A stretch of 64,000 nt of DNA from the NCBI GenBank assembly GCA_964495385.1, contig CAZBVO010000005.1, forward strand, positions 252 to 64,251, given 5' to 3'. Position numbers and translations under genes: made by a program. Below, one piece after another: positions 20,026-31,100 of the stretch (position 1 is the stretch's first letter; every line of letters begins with the position of its first letter). Source of the DNA: an uncultured Faecalibacterium sp. (lineage in GTDB: Bacteria > Bacillota > Clostridia > Christensenellales > CAG-917). A model generated the notes under the pieces. The model ran no database searches and was not told where the DNA came from. It saw only the letters and a list, made by a program, of their open reading frames with translations.

Positions 20026-20991
20026 TTAAATTATGCCCCAACTTCCGGGCGTCATTTTGAAATAACTTACCAGCATCAATATGCCGTAAACAACCACCGG
20101 TTGCCCCAGATAAAACCATATGGTGTAACGCCCCATGGCACATAGCGGTTTGTTCCATTTTCCGTCGAGTCTCGGCAGAAGGCTTTTTTTGTCTGCGTAA
20201 AATATTTTTCCAAACGAAGCACCGAACATAAACACCGCCAGCCACGGAAGCAGAGGGAAGTAGTCCGTCGGCGAAAAGTGCAGAGCGTTGTTGTAACTTG
20301 TGGTCGGGTTGAAGTGCGCGCTGTTTTTGGTGTTGAACAAAACGTTTTTGAAAATGCCCGTTTCCGCATTATAACTGTCCAAAAAGCTTTTGCTGTTTCG
20401 TAAAACCAAAAACAATACGGTCAAAATTACACACAGCGCCGCCGAGGTAATCGCAAGGCTTCGTCGGTCGCCTTTAAATAAGACGTTAAGCAGTTCAAAC
20501 AGCAAAATCGCCACCGACAACAGATGCAATACGCCAAAGTTTATCACTTCGGGCTTGGTGAATAGGTTCGAACCCAGCGTCAGCAAATCGGCAATGCACA
20601 AAAGAATAAGGCCACGTTTCAAATTGTTGTGCGACAGGGTGCAACTTACGCCGCAAATGGCGATAAAAATCCCTGCAAACAGCGGTTGAGCCACGCTTCG
20701 CAAATTGCACACCCACCAATATTTGGAGAAGTAGCACAGCCTGAGCGCAAACGATTCGCCGCCGAGAATTTGCCCCGAGGCCATAGCTTTTATCATTTCG
20801 AAAAAACCGTAGCCGCGGACGGTGGCCGACATCGACATTTTGGCTATCGGAAACCATTGTTCGCCAAAGGTGTACAGCGCACAAAACGTATGGTCAAACA
20901 GCAGCAAAAATATGCTTAGTCCGCGCAGGAAATCGATTTCCCAAATACGTTTTTTGACTTTTTCAACTTTTATAACTTTTGCATTTTTCAT
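20026..20991 (-). CDS. DUF1624 / HGSNAT-like integral membrane acyltransferase-family protein
   Basis: The N-terminal RIWEIDFLRGLSIFLLLFDH motif and about 9-10 hydrophobic segments are typical of the heparan-alpha-glucosaminide N-acetyltransferase-like (DUF1624) family. Its ATG overlaps the upstream stop (TAATG). Confidence 0.7.
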   Translation of the reverse strand: MKNAKVIKVEKVKKRIWEIDFLRGLSIFLLLFDHTFCALYTFGEQWFPIAKMSMSATVRGYGFFEMIKAMASGQILGGESFALRLCYFSKYWWVCNLRSVAQPLFAGIFIAICGVSCTLSHNNLKRGLILLCIADLLTLGSNLFTKPEVINFGVLHLLSVAILLFELLNVLFKGDRRSLAITSAALCVILTVLFLVLRNSKSFLDSYNAETGIFKNVLFNTKNSAHFNPTTSYNNALHFSPTDYFPLLPWLAVFMFGASFGKIFYADKKSLLPRLDGKWNKPLCAMGRYTIWFYLGQPVVVYGILMLVSYFKMTPGSWGII

Positions 20992-21467
20992 TATTTATAC
21001 TCGGTCCTCAAAAAGCAAAGCCGCCCGTTTTCGTCCCTGAACAGATCGTAGCGGTTGTGATATTCATACACGATAAGGTCGGGCCTGACGGAACTTCTGT
21101 AAACCTCCGGCGTTTCCGGAACGTCCCTGTTTTGACGGATTCGGCCGTGCGAAGCCCCTTTCAAAAAGGCAAAAACGCTTTTTAGCGGCTTCGCCACAAG
21201 GTTGCGCACGCAGATGATGACCGTGCATCCGAAACACTCGACAAGCCCCAAAACGTACAGTTTGCCGTTTACGTCGCCGCCAAACGGATCAAAATCGAAC
21301 GTAAGGTGCAAAACAAGCCCGAACAGCAAATACAGCAGAGGAACGTACAAACCGAAAAAGGAAAGTATCGTCCCCAGTCCTCTGAGAACGACTCCGCCCA
21401 AAAATTTAAAAAATTTCAGCAGCCATCCGCTAAGTATTCCGCCGATGGCAAAGAGCGCGGCTTTCAT
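20991..21467 (-). CDS. hypothetical membrane protein (2-3 TM + soluble C-terminal domain)
   Basis: I prefer the ATG at 21467 (MKAALFAIGG..., GGAGA 7 nt upstream) over the track start at 21608. It is translationally coupled to the DUF1624 gene. No family recognised. Confidence 0.5.
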   Translation of the reverse strand: MKAALFAIGGILSGWLLKFFKFLGGVVLRGLGTILSFFGLYVPLLYLLFGLVLHLTFDFDPFGGDVNGKLYVLGLVECFGCTVIICVRNLVAKPLKSVFAFLKGASHGRIRQNRDVPETPEVYRSSVRPDLIVYEYHNRYDLFRDENGRLCFLRTEYK

Positions 21468-21598
21468 TACTTGTCTCCGATTTTGAACTTTAAAGTGTTG
21501 TTTCAAGCGATAAACGTCGTTTTGCGTTGTTTTTAAGTATACGGGTTCAAGCCTGTTAGGTGCGGGACTTTTGAACCGTACACACAAAACCATTTTAT

Positions 21599-21627
21599 AT
21601 TTTAGCACATAATTTTTGCTTTTGCAA
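21599..21627 (-). promoter_or_regulatory. candidate sigma-A promoter for the minus-strand operon (TTGCAA-N17-TGc-TAAAAT)
   Basis: Read on the minus strand: -35 TTGCAA (21627-21622), a 17-nt spacer ending in TGC, and -10 TAAAAT (21604-21599). Confidence 0.5.
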
Positions 21628-21955
21628 TAAAAGTGCAGGATGTTTTAAACAAGAAAATGAAGCATTTGCAAGGTGCCCGGTTGTCGATTTGCGGACAAGA
21701 ATCGAAGGTGAACGCTCGCGCCGACCAAGGTTGCCACCCGTCGGCCTGGGAAGAAGAATTTGTTTTGAAATCGGTTTGTTTGGGCTGTTTGCCGACAAAA
21801 TCCCAAACGTTCGGCACAAAGCAAAACAAAGTGCAAGCCGCGGGAATTTGGCGATATTTTGTAGGCATCTGTCTACTAAATGGCCTTTTGTCTACCCGAA
21901 AGAGTGGTTTGTTGACAGTTTAGGGGGCGTCTTTGAAAAAAATTGGTCAGAAACA

Positions 21956-21998
21956 TTGACTTTTAGGTGTTAGATAAGGTAAAATGTAAACGTATAAT
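21956..21998 (+). promoter_or_regulatory. candidate sigma-A promoter(s) of the giant ORF
   Basis: TTGACT (21956-21961)-N18-TAAAAT (21980-21985). An overlapping alternative is TTAGAT (21970-21975)-N17-TATAAT (21993-21998). The first has the same hexamers as the rpoB candidate promoter. Confidence 0.5.
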
Positions 21999-22004
21999 TA
22001 TGTG

Positions 22005-22049
22005 GCGTATGCCTGCATACGCGTGCACACACATATAATGTGATATGTG
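22005..22049 (+). promoter_or_regulatory. two inverted repeats in the 5' leader of the giant ORF
   Basis: GCGTATGC-CT-GCATACGC (22005-22022) and CACATAT-N6-ATATGTG (22030-22049). Both lie between the candidate -10 and the AGGAGG RBS (22059-22064). Confidence 0.4.
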
Positions 22050-22072
22050 CGATGCAAATAGGAGGCTAATTT

Positions 22073-22153
22073 ATGAAAAAGAGGATTGACTTTTCCAAGT
22101 TGATTTTGGTGGCTGTGGTCGTGTGCTGCCTGCTTGCGGTGTTTGCCGCATGC
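22073..22153 (+). other. lipoprotein signal peptide with lipobox (cleavage before Cys27)
   Basis: MKKRIDFSK (positive n-region), LILVAVVVCCLLAV (h-region), then F-A-A-C, followed by GSNDTPAGGTPSGS (a flexible tether). TGC codon at 22151-22153. Confidence 0.7.
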
Positions 22154-25100
22154 GGTTCTAACGACACGCCTGCCGGCGGAACTCCGTCGGGCAGTGCAAA
22201 ACCGCCTGTCAACGATTCGAAGGGAGACGACGTCATCAGTTCAACGCAAAACATCAACAACGGTCTTGCGATGCAGATGATTTTCGATTCCATCGACAAG
22301 TCCAAGGCTCAGGGACAAATCGGCAGCAAGTATATGAACTTCGCCATGAGCACGTTCCTGTTCCTCGAACACGAGAACACGGCAAAATACATATATCTTG
22401 ACGTGCAAGCCGCTTTGGACATCGAAAACGAAAAGAACAGTAAGTTCCGCTTTGACGTCAGACTTGTGGACGAAAACGGCGACGAAACGATTTTGATGAG
22501 TTTCTACAAAATCGACGGTTACTTCTATATCGACACCCGCAATGCGGCCGGCGAAGTGACCGAGGCAGACGGCGTTCACGTTTACAAGAGTGACGATATG
22601 GATTTGGAATGGGTTGCGCAGTTTGCCCAAAAGATGTTTGACGAACTCGACATCGGCGGATTTTTGAAACAAGACGGTTTCGGAGATCTTATTGCCGGAT
22701 TGTTGGGCGATTCGTTGGGCTCGCTGTCGGGCATGATTTCCGGTTTGTTGGGCAACACCGTTCTCGACACCATCACCATGCTTGCCGACCCTAAGGCATC
22801 CAACGCTATACTTACCACCACCGAAACGGGCGAGCAGCACGTTTACGTTCCGCTCAGCATGCTCAACAGCTTGCTGCCTACCGTAATGGGCCTTGTTCCG
22901 TCGCTGTTGGGTGATTCTCTTACCGACATAGCCGAACTTTTGGAACTTGCGTTCGGTTGGGACCTTGACACCATTTTGTCCAGCCTTTCCGGCGACGTGC
23001 AGTTCGGTTTGGCCATCAATGCGATAATAAAAGACGACATGTTCCAGAGCATGGACTTTGCCGTCGAAATCAACGACAACCGTTCAAACGTGGGCGACGA
23101 CGATGCCCCGTACAACGATTTGGACGTTCGCCTCGGCGCATGCGACTTCAACCTCGGTGTGGAGCCGGATTTCGACATGCCTGATTTTTCCGTAATAGAT
23201 ACGATCGATTATAGCCTCACGACCTTAAATGCGGATGTCAACATCGAAATCAATGCAAAAGAACATACTTACACCATCGACACTCTCGATGCCGGTTTGG
23301 GCAACCTTATCAGCGGCCTCATCGGCGAAGGCTTTACGTTCTCTAATACCTCTTTCGGAAACCTTCCTATCAACGTCGATCGCACAGTTTTCAGACTTCA
23401 CCTTAAGATTCGTTTGGAATTGGATTTGAAGGACAACTCCAAAACCAACGGCCTTATCGAAATTTACGGCTCGGAAGACGACACCCTCAGGGCAGGCGTT
23501 TACTACGTCGGTGCGGACGAAACCATTTACGTTGACTTGTCCGGCATCGGCAGTGGCCGTTATAAGATGAACAACTACATAAAAACCGACAAGCAAACCG
23601 TTGCGGTTGTGGATCCGAACGGCGACGTTGTGTTGGACGGCGATTATTACGTACAATACGATGCTTCCAAGCACGCCGGAATGACCAGATACACCCTTAA
23701 GACGGTTGAAACCTCTTCCACCACCAGCCTTAACCTCAACACCATGATTAAGGACTTGCTGGACGACCTCGTGGCGGAAAAGATTCCGTCCATTTCCCGT
23801 CTTATTTCGGGTTACGTCGCAAAAGCGGATGCGGTTGTATCGTCCGAAGAAGGTGAAGATTCCCTTTACGACGAAGCCAAAGGCCTTATCGAAAGCGGCG
23901 ACGTGAAAATTTATCACTATTTCACTTCCGACGGCGCTACGGCTTCTTCCGAAACCAGCATCAACGAAGTTGACGTGTTTGCTTTGATTAAGCAGATTTT
24001 GGCTCGCATCGAAGTAGAAAAAGGCGAAGGCAAATACAACCTCGCAAGCCTTTCGATGGATTTGACGGGTGAAGTTTTCGACACCATCATGTCCATGATC
24101 AAGCCGGGACTCACTTTGCCTGTTACCAAAGCGGACATCAGCTACATACCTGATCAGACGACTTGGGGCAAAGCCGCTTTGAGCATCGATCTTGCTCTCG
24201 GCAACGAAACGGACGGCGACCTGTTTGGCCTCAGTCTGCCTATCGAATTTACATACGGCCTCCATCTCGACGATTGGGAGATGCCTAACTTCAACGATTA
24301 CAGCAAGCCGTATTCCGCAATCACCGTCGACAGCCTCAGCGACAGCCTCGGTTTTGACACCATAAGCCTCGCTTTGGACGGCGCGTTCAGATTGCAAATG
24401 GGCAAGAGCACCTTGGAATTGACCGAGTTGCAACAGCTTCTGTACGGAATTTTGATCAAATTGGACGTTGAAAACAACGTTGATTTGAACTATGAATTCA
24501 GCATCGAAGCAAATCTTAACATCAACACCATTTCTTCCGATTTGTGGAACAGTATCGAAGCGAAAGTGCAGATTACAAAAGTTTCCAACGGCGGAAGTTT
24601 GGACATATTCCTCGTGGGCGGCAAACTGTACGTCGACGCGTCGGCAATTGGCATTCCTAAGCTGTCCATAAACCTTGTTGACCTTATCGAAGGCAACACC
24701 AAAATTGAAATATTCGGCAAAGCAATGGCTACGGCCGACGAGACGGCGTCTGAAGAAAGCTCTGGCATGAGCACCGAGCAGATTCTCGGCATCGTGGCGG
24801 CGGTTATCAAGGGAGTCAGCATCGACAGCTCGGCAATCGAAGTCAGCCTCGCAACCGACCTTATCGGCGCACTCGTTACGGCTCTTGCCGGCGACAACGA
24901 AACGATAACAAGCATCAAACCGTTCCTCGAAAGCTTTGAAGTGACCGACGGAAGCGGCCTCAAGATCAGCCTTGACGGTTTGAACCTCAGTGAACTTTAC
25001 ATCGACGTAAATCTCGGCGTAAGCAAGGACGATTTCGGCCTCGATCTCGGCCTCGGGTTGGGACACATTTTGGTAGGACTCGAAGCGCTTGATCTTGCTC

Positions 25101-28100
25101 CGACAAATCCGGACACTTATGAAGACGTGCTGTCCAACATGCAGTTCTATCTTGCTTTGACGTTGGAAATCGGCATCGAAATGTCCGAAAACGAAATAGA
25201 TTTGTCCACGGCGGCAGGCGGTCTTTTGGGCGACTTGTTGGTAGGACTTAATATCGAAGAAGATATCAATCCGGGCCTCATCCTGAATTTGCAGGCAAAT
25301 CTTGACCTCAAAAACGCACCTCAGGACAACGAAACCGAACTTTTGCTCACCATAACCGGGCGTCAATCCGGCGAAGTGCTTATCGGTGTTTACTATGCAT
25401 CCGGTTCGCTGTATGCCGACGTTCCGCTTTTGGGCATCGAAAAATTCTATATCAACCTTGACCTCATCGACTTGATTGCCGGCCTTTTGGGCGACGACGA
25501 TGCATCGGCATCCGCTCTCGCTACGGCAGACGGTGAACAAACGGGCGAAAACACCGAATCGTCTTCCGGTTTGGGTGACGTTTTGGCAAGCCTCGACTTG
25601 TCATCGGTTGTCCTCGGCCTCGCTTTGGGCGACGAAGGCATCAAGGTGGAAGTAGCAACGGGAATCACCGGTGCGCTCCTCAGCTATCTTGCAAGTGCCA
25701 TAGAGGGCAGTGCGGCAGGCAGCCAACTCGACACGGCCACCGCGGCTCTTATCGAAGCACTCAAAACCAACACTCCTGTTCATTACACCGACGAAAACGG
25801 CAACGATAAAGTTCAAAACATCAGCTTGCCTGAAATCGGCGCGGAAGTTGCCATCGTTTGGGGCGAAGAAGGCGTGCCGTTCCTCAATGCTTTGGGCCTT
25901 GAAGTGAACGTGTCGCTTAAGGACGGCGAAAACACCGTTCTCGGCATCGACGTCGGTTTGTACGGTTTGCAAATAGGTTTTAAAGCAAGGAACTTCCTCG
26001 ACAACGTGCCGCTGGAAGACTTTACCTATATCGATCTTCTGACCATCGGCGACGACGTGCAGTTCAACCTCGACATAGTGCATTTTGACATCTCCGGCTA
26101 TTTCTACGCCGCCGCAGACGAAAATGCGGTTGACGACAACGCCACCGACCTCGGCAGCATTCTCGAAAACTTCTACAACTACGACGAAAACGGCAATTTG
26201 ACGGAAGACGGAACCAACTCCATCCTTCGTGCATTGTCCGAAATCATCTTAAAGTGCGAAGTTTTGACCGATCTCGAACAGTACTACGGCATCAGGCTTG
26301 CGGGTAATATCAGCCTCGGCGCATTGATCACCACCGGTACTCTCGACGTCAAAGACTTGTTGCAAAACAGCGAACTCGCCGTCGAAATTTACTACGGCAA
26401 GGTCGAAATGGGCAACGACCCTATTTTGGGCCTGTATTTGCAAAACGGCATGCTTTACATCCGCCTCAACGGTACCGTAGCGGACAACGTAAGGCTTAAG
26501 TTTAACCTTTTGGGCAGCGGTTTGTTGGACGGCTTGTTCGGTTCGTCCGACGATACTTCGTCCGAATCGACGGGCGAAGCGGTTGCTTCCGCTTTGGACG
26601 GCAGCACCTTCCCGCTTATCCCTGCAAACATCCTTGATTTGCTCAACGGCGCACTGTCCGGAATCGGCATCAGCAAGGACGCTATTTCCATCGGTATCGG
26701 TGCAAAACTTATCGATGCAATCGTAACTTTGGTTATGGGCAAGGAAGTTACCGGAATGCCTGAATTCAACGAAGAAGAAAGCCGCTTGTGGCTGGGCTTC
26801 GACGACGGTGTTTCGCTTAACCTCATGCTCAAAATCAACCCGGTCAGCGTCGGTTTCTCCATCAACCATATCGGCCTCGGCTTGCAGGCAGGTTCCGTTA
26901 TCCCGGCCACCGAAGAAGCCGTGTTCGAATCGGAATACACCAGCCTTGCCGACCTGTCCACGGTAAGCCTTAGCCTCGAAGCAGGCATCGACATCGTTCT
27001 CAAAGAGAACGAACTGAAGGTTGGCGACATCGTTTCGGCATTCGTAAGCGATTTGACCACAAGCCTCGGCATCAGTTTCGAAGACGATTACACCGCAAGC
27101 ATCGGTTTGAGCCTTAAGGGCAATTTGGATTTCTCCAACGCTTTGGCAACCGAAGTTTCGTTGGAAATTTCGCTGCTTCAGGATGCGGGCAAGAAACTGC
27201 TTATCGGCGTTTACATCGACGGAGCAGACGTGTACGCTCAGTTCCCGGGCCTCAACGTATCCGCGTTTAAGATTACGGATATCGAAGCAATAGAAGAACT
27301 TCTTAACGACGTATATTCCACCATTTCCGGCCTTTTGAAAGGATTGGATTCCAATTCCGAAGAAGGCGCTCTCGCAACGGCAGACGATGACGAAGAAACA
27401 ATGGATCTCATCTTTGCTCTGTCCAAAAACACCGTAAAAATCGAGCTGTCCACCGCACTTATCAGCGGAATCATCGGCATGCTTCCGTCGTTTGGTTTGC
27501 AAATCGAAGACAACCTCGTCGACGGCATTCAGGGCATTGTCGAAAGCCTTGACGCAGGCGCATCGGTAAGCATCAATTTGCACGACGTTTTGTTGAGAGT
27601 GGACGTTGACACCAACGTTTTGGGACTTGGCATTTGGCTGGGTTATCCGCAAATCGGCACGTCGTTTATCGAAGGCGTTTTGGCACCTGTCGAATCCAAC
27701 CCGGACATCTTTGTCGACTTTAACGAAGACGGCAACATCTACGTTGAGTTGGAATTGGCAATACGCTATCGCCTGACCGAAACCGAAACCGAACTTAACG
27801 GACTTTTGGGCGATTTGTTGGGCGACGTGAGCCTGGGTGACGTATCGCTTACCTCGCTGTTGAACAAACTGCTTGTCCGTTTGTGCCTGACCAACGATGC
27901 TTTGGGCGAAGTGGGCCTGAAGATAATGGTCAACGCTAACGTTAAGAATATATTAGCTAACGTAGATAATTTAGATTTAAATACAATATTAGGCAGTCTT
28001 GACCTTGCTTTGGAAGTTACCCTCGGAAGCAAAAAGGTTTACGTTGCTCTCGTGGACTACGTAGACGCGGCAGGTCAGGCCAGCAAATACATCTTCTTGA

Positions 28101-31100
28101 AACTGGACGAAATCGGCGTTCAGAACATGAAGATCAGTTTTGACGTGCTTTCCGGCATCATTTCGGGTATCGGCAGCGAGAGTGTGGCAGAAGGCGTTGC
28201 GGCACTTGCAAGCGACGAATCCACCGAATCTTCGACTTCCGAAAACAGCACGATGGCACTTATAAGCAAACTGCTTAACCTTGACGGAAACTACATCGGA
28301 GTGGGCGAAAGAGGCCTCGAAATCCGCATTGCGCACGACATCGTTATGGTGTTGCTGTCCGAACTTTTGACCGATTTCGAATTCTCCGACGGAAGCCTTG
28401 ACGCCGTTTCGCTTGTCAACGAAAAGACCGACGACACCGCGTTTATGCCTGTCGGCGAAGCTACCGACGACGACATTATGGACAACCGTCCGTACGTCAA
28501 GATTGACGGCGAATACGTGCTTTACGACAGCGGCGACAACCGTCACGACGGTTTGCAACAGTACTACAAAGTACGTTCGACTTCCGTCACCGTAAAAGCA
28601 TGCGATCCGAAAAACGGCGGAAAAGCCAGCATCAACGTCGATATCGCACTGGCTTTGGGCCTGGATATCGGCCTCAGCGTTTACGGTTACCGCGTAGGTT
28701 TCAGCAGCAACAATATGAATCTGCCTCTCGGAGATATGGACGATTACTCCGACGTGGCAAACATCATGCAGGACAAAATCACCGTTTCGTTGGATGCATA
28801 CGTCGATTTGTCGCTTTTGGACGACGCAGACTACAACGTCTCGCCGATCATCAAAACCGTTTTCGATATGCTCAACGTCAGCGGCATTGACGGCCTTGCC
28901 GATTTGCTGTACGTCATCAGCCTTAAGACGGGCAACAACCGCCTCAACATCGGCCTCGGCGTAGCATTTACCATCAACGATATCGTCAATATGGTCAGCG
29001 GCGGAAGCGTCGACCTTGACAATTTCGATATCGCACTTGAAATATTCGATTACGACGCTTTGGGCAACCGAGTCGTTTACATCGGCGTTTACCTCTACGA
29101 AGGCAATGCTTACGTAGATATGTATAACTACAACGGCAGCCCTGTTCTGTACATCGAAAACGCGGCTCAGTCCATCATCGACCTCATCACCGGAGCAGCT
29201 TCGGAAGAGGAAGGTGCGGCTCTTGCTTCCGACGAAGGCGAACAGCTGTCGGCAGAAGAAATGGGCCTTAAACTGGGCATCGACGTTGTTTTGGGCAGCG
29301 CAGGCCTCGGCGTGCTTGTTCACACCGGACTTGTCGAAACTTTGCTTGACTTGTTGCTCCCTGACATGGATTTGCACCTCGTTGAAATTTTCGGCGACAT
29401 CGGCGCAAAGGTTATGATCAATTGGGAAGACGCACAAGGATTGGCAGATCTCGGCATCGACGTAGCCGTAACCCTCGGCCAGCTTCAAATCGGCCTCGGC
29501 ATTGGCAACATCGGCCTTGCAATCAATCCGGAGGACGGAGTAGTTCCTGAATCGGTTGTCGGCGAAGCCACCAACATTACGCAGGTTCCGCTTAACGCCG
29601 GCCTCAGCATCCAGCTTGTTTTGGGCGCAGAAAACGGCAACTTCAACATCGGCGACCTGTTGAGCGGCTTGCTTCCGGGCTTGGAACTTGACCTTAACGT
29701 CCCTGCAGAAGACGGCGAAACGCTTCAACTCGACCTCAACGTCGAACTTAGCGTCAACCTCGAAGACTTCAACACTTTGGAAGTGAAGATCGAGCTGTGG
29801 ATGGCAGGAATTCAGGAAGACGTATTGCTGCTCGGCGCATACTACACCAGAGGCGTGGTTTATCTTGACGCAAGAGGACTTTTGGGCGACGGTGCAAAAT
29901 TGCAAATCACCGGCCTTGACCTCGGCGGAATATTGGAAAATATGTTGGGCGAATCGCTCGGCCACAACAACGCAAGCGGAGCTACGGCTTCTGCCGACGA
30001 GTTTGACGTTGAAATGGCGGCTGTTCAAATCATTTTGGACGGCAAAGCGATTTCCGTACGCTTGACCAGCGCACTTCTCGATTGGGTGCTCGGACTGGAT
30101 GCGGTTAAGAACGCTATCACGCTTCCGGACGGCATTGCTTTGGATGCTTTGCTCAGCATCGGTTATATCAACGAAGAAACCGGCCTGTTCGACCTCAGCG
30201 TATCTTTGGATGCCGTCGTTGCGGAAATGCTTCGCATCGGCCTCAAGATTCACAACATCGACATCGGCTTTAAACACAACGACCTTGTGGTTATCGAGGA
30301 CGCATATTCTTACGTCGAAGCAGTCGACATGAATATGGCTTACGATACGACCACCAAGGGCATAACCGTCAATCCGGAAATCTTGCTTGAACACGTCAAT
30401 TTGCAACTTGAACTTGACGTTTACAGCTTGATGATCGGTCAAAACGGAACAGACACCATCGACTTGTCCGACATCTTCCAGCCGCTCTTTGCCAACATCA
30501 GCGAATTTATGGCAAAAATTTTGGTTCAGGACGGCAGCGGCAATGCGGCGGAACTTATAAACAATTTGTCATTGAAGGTTGCGGCGGACGTTAAGTTGAA
30601 ACAACTTATGGAAACCGTCGATTTCAGCAACCTCGACGTTATGGCTTTGTTGGAATGCATCAATCTCGGCATCGAAGTTTACGACAACGGTCTGAAGATT
30701 ATCGGCATTTATCTTAGTGAAGGTAACGTTTATCTGCAACTTGACGGACTCGGCTTTGAAAACATCATCGCCGAAAAATCCTTCCTCGACAAGCTTCTCG
30801 GCAAACTTTTGGGCGGCGAAACTACCGGTGTTGCAACGGCATCTGCCGACGACACGATGGCAACCATAGTAAACGTCATCAATTCGCTTATCGCATCCAT
30901 CGACGTGGCCGACAAGACGTTGAGCATTGTTATTGCAAACAGCTATCTGACCGAGCTGTTCAACCTCGTGTTCCCTGATTTGGGCGTAAAGGCTCCTGAA
31001 TTTGACCTCGGCAGAAACGCAATCAGCATCAACCTCAACAGAGGATTCTATCAGCTGTTCGACGAAGCAACCGCACAGCAGTTGTTCTATGCAAAGAACG

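Noticed and set aside
20565-20575. GGTTCGAACCC, a tRNA T-arm-like string. A similar GGGTTCAAGCC occurs near 21543.
   Set aside because: The first is inside the DUF1624 coding frame and the second is in an mRNA leader. Neither has flanking acceptor or anticodon stems, so no tRNA gene can be folded.
21890-21915. The string CCCGAAAGAGTGG in the giant-gene upstream region resembles part of the c-di-GMP-I (GEMM) riboswitch (…CGAAAGAGTGGGACGCAAAGCC…), a class known to control large Clostridial surface proteins.
   Set aside because: The flanking conserved elements (GGCAAACC, GACGCAAAGCC, and the paired P1/P2 helices) are absent. It also lies upstream of the candidate promoter rather than in the leader. 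This is most likely a chance match; an Infernal scan would settle it.
21468-22072. A possible invertible promoter switch (cwpV/flagellar-switch style) upstream of the giant surface protein gene.
   Set aside because: I could not find a pair of long (>15 bp) inverted repeats flanking a 150-300-bp segment, and no nearby recombinase gene is present in the window.
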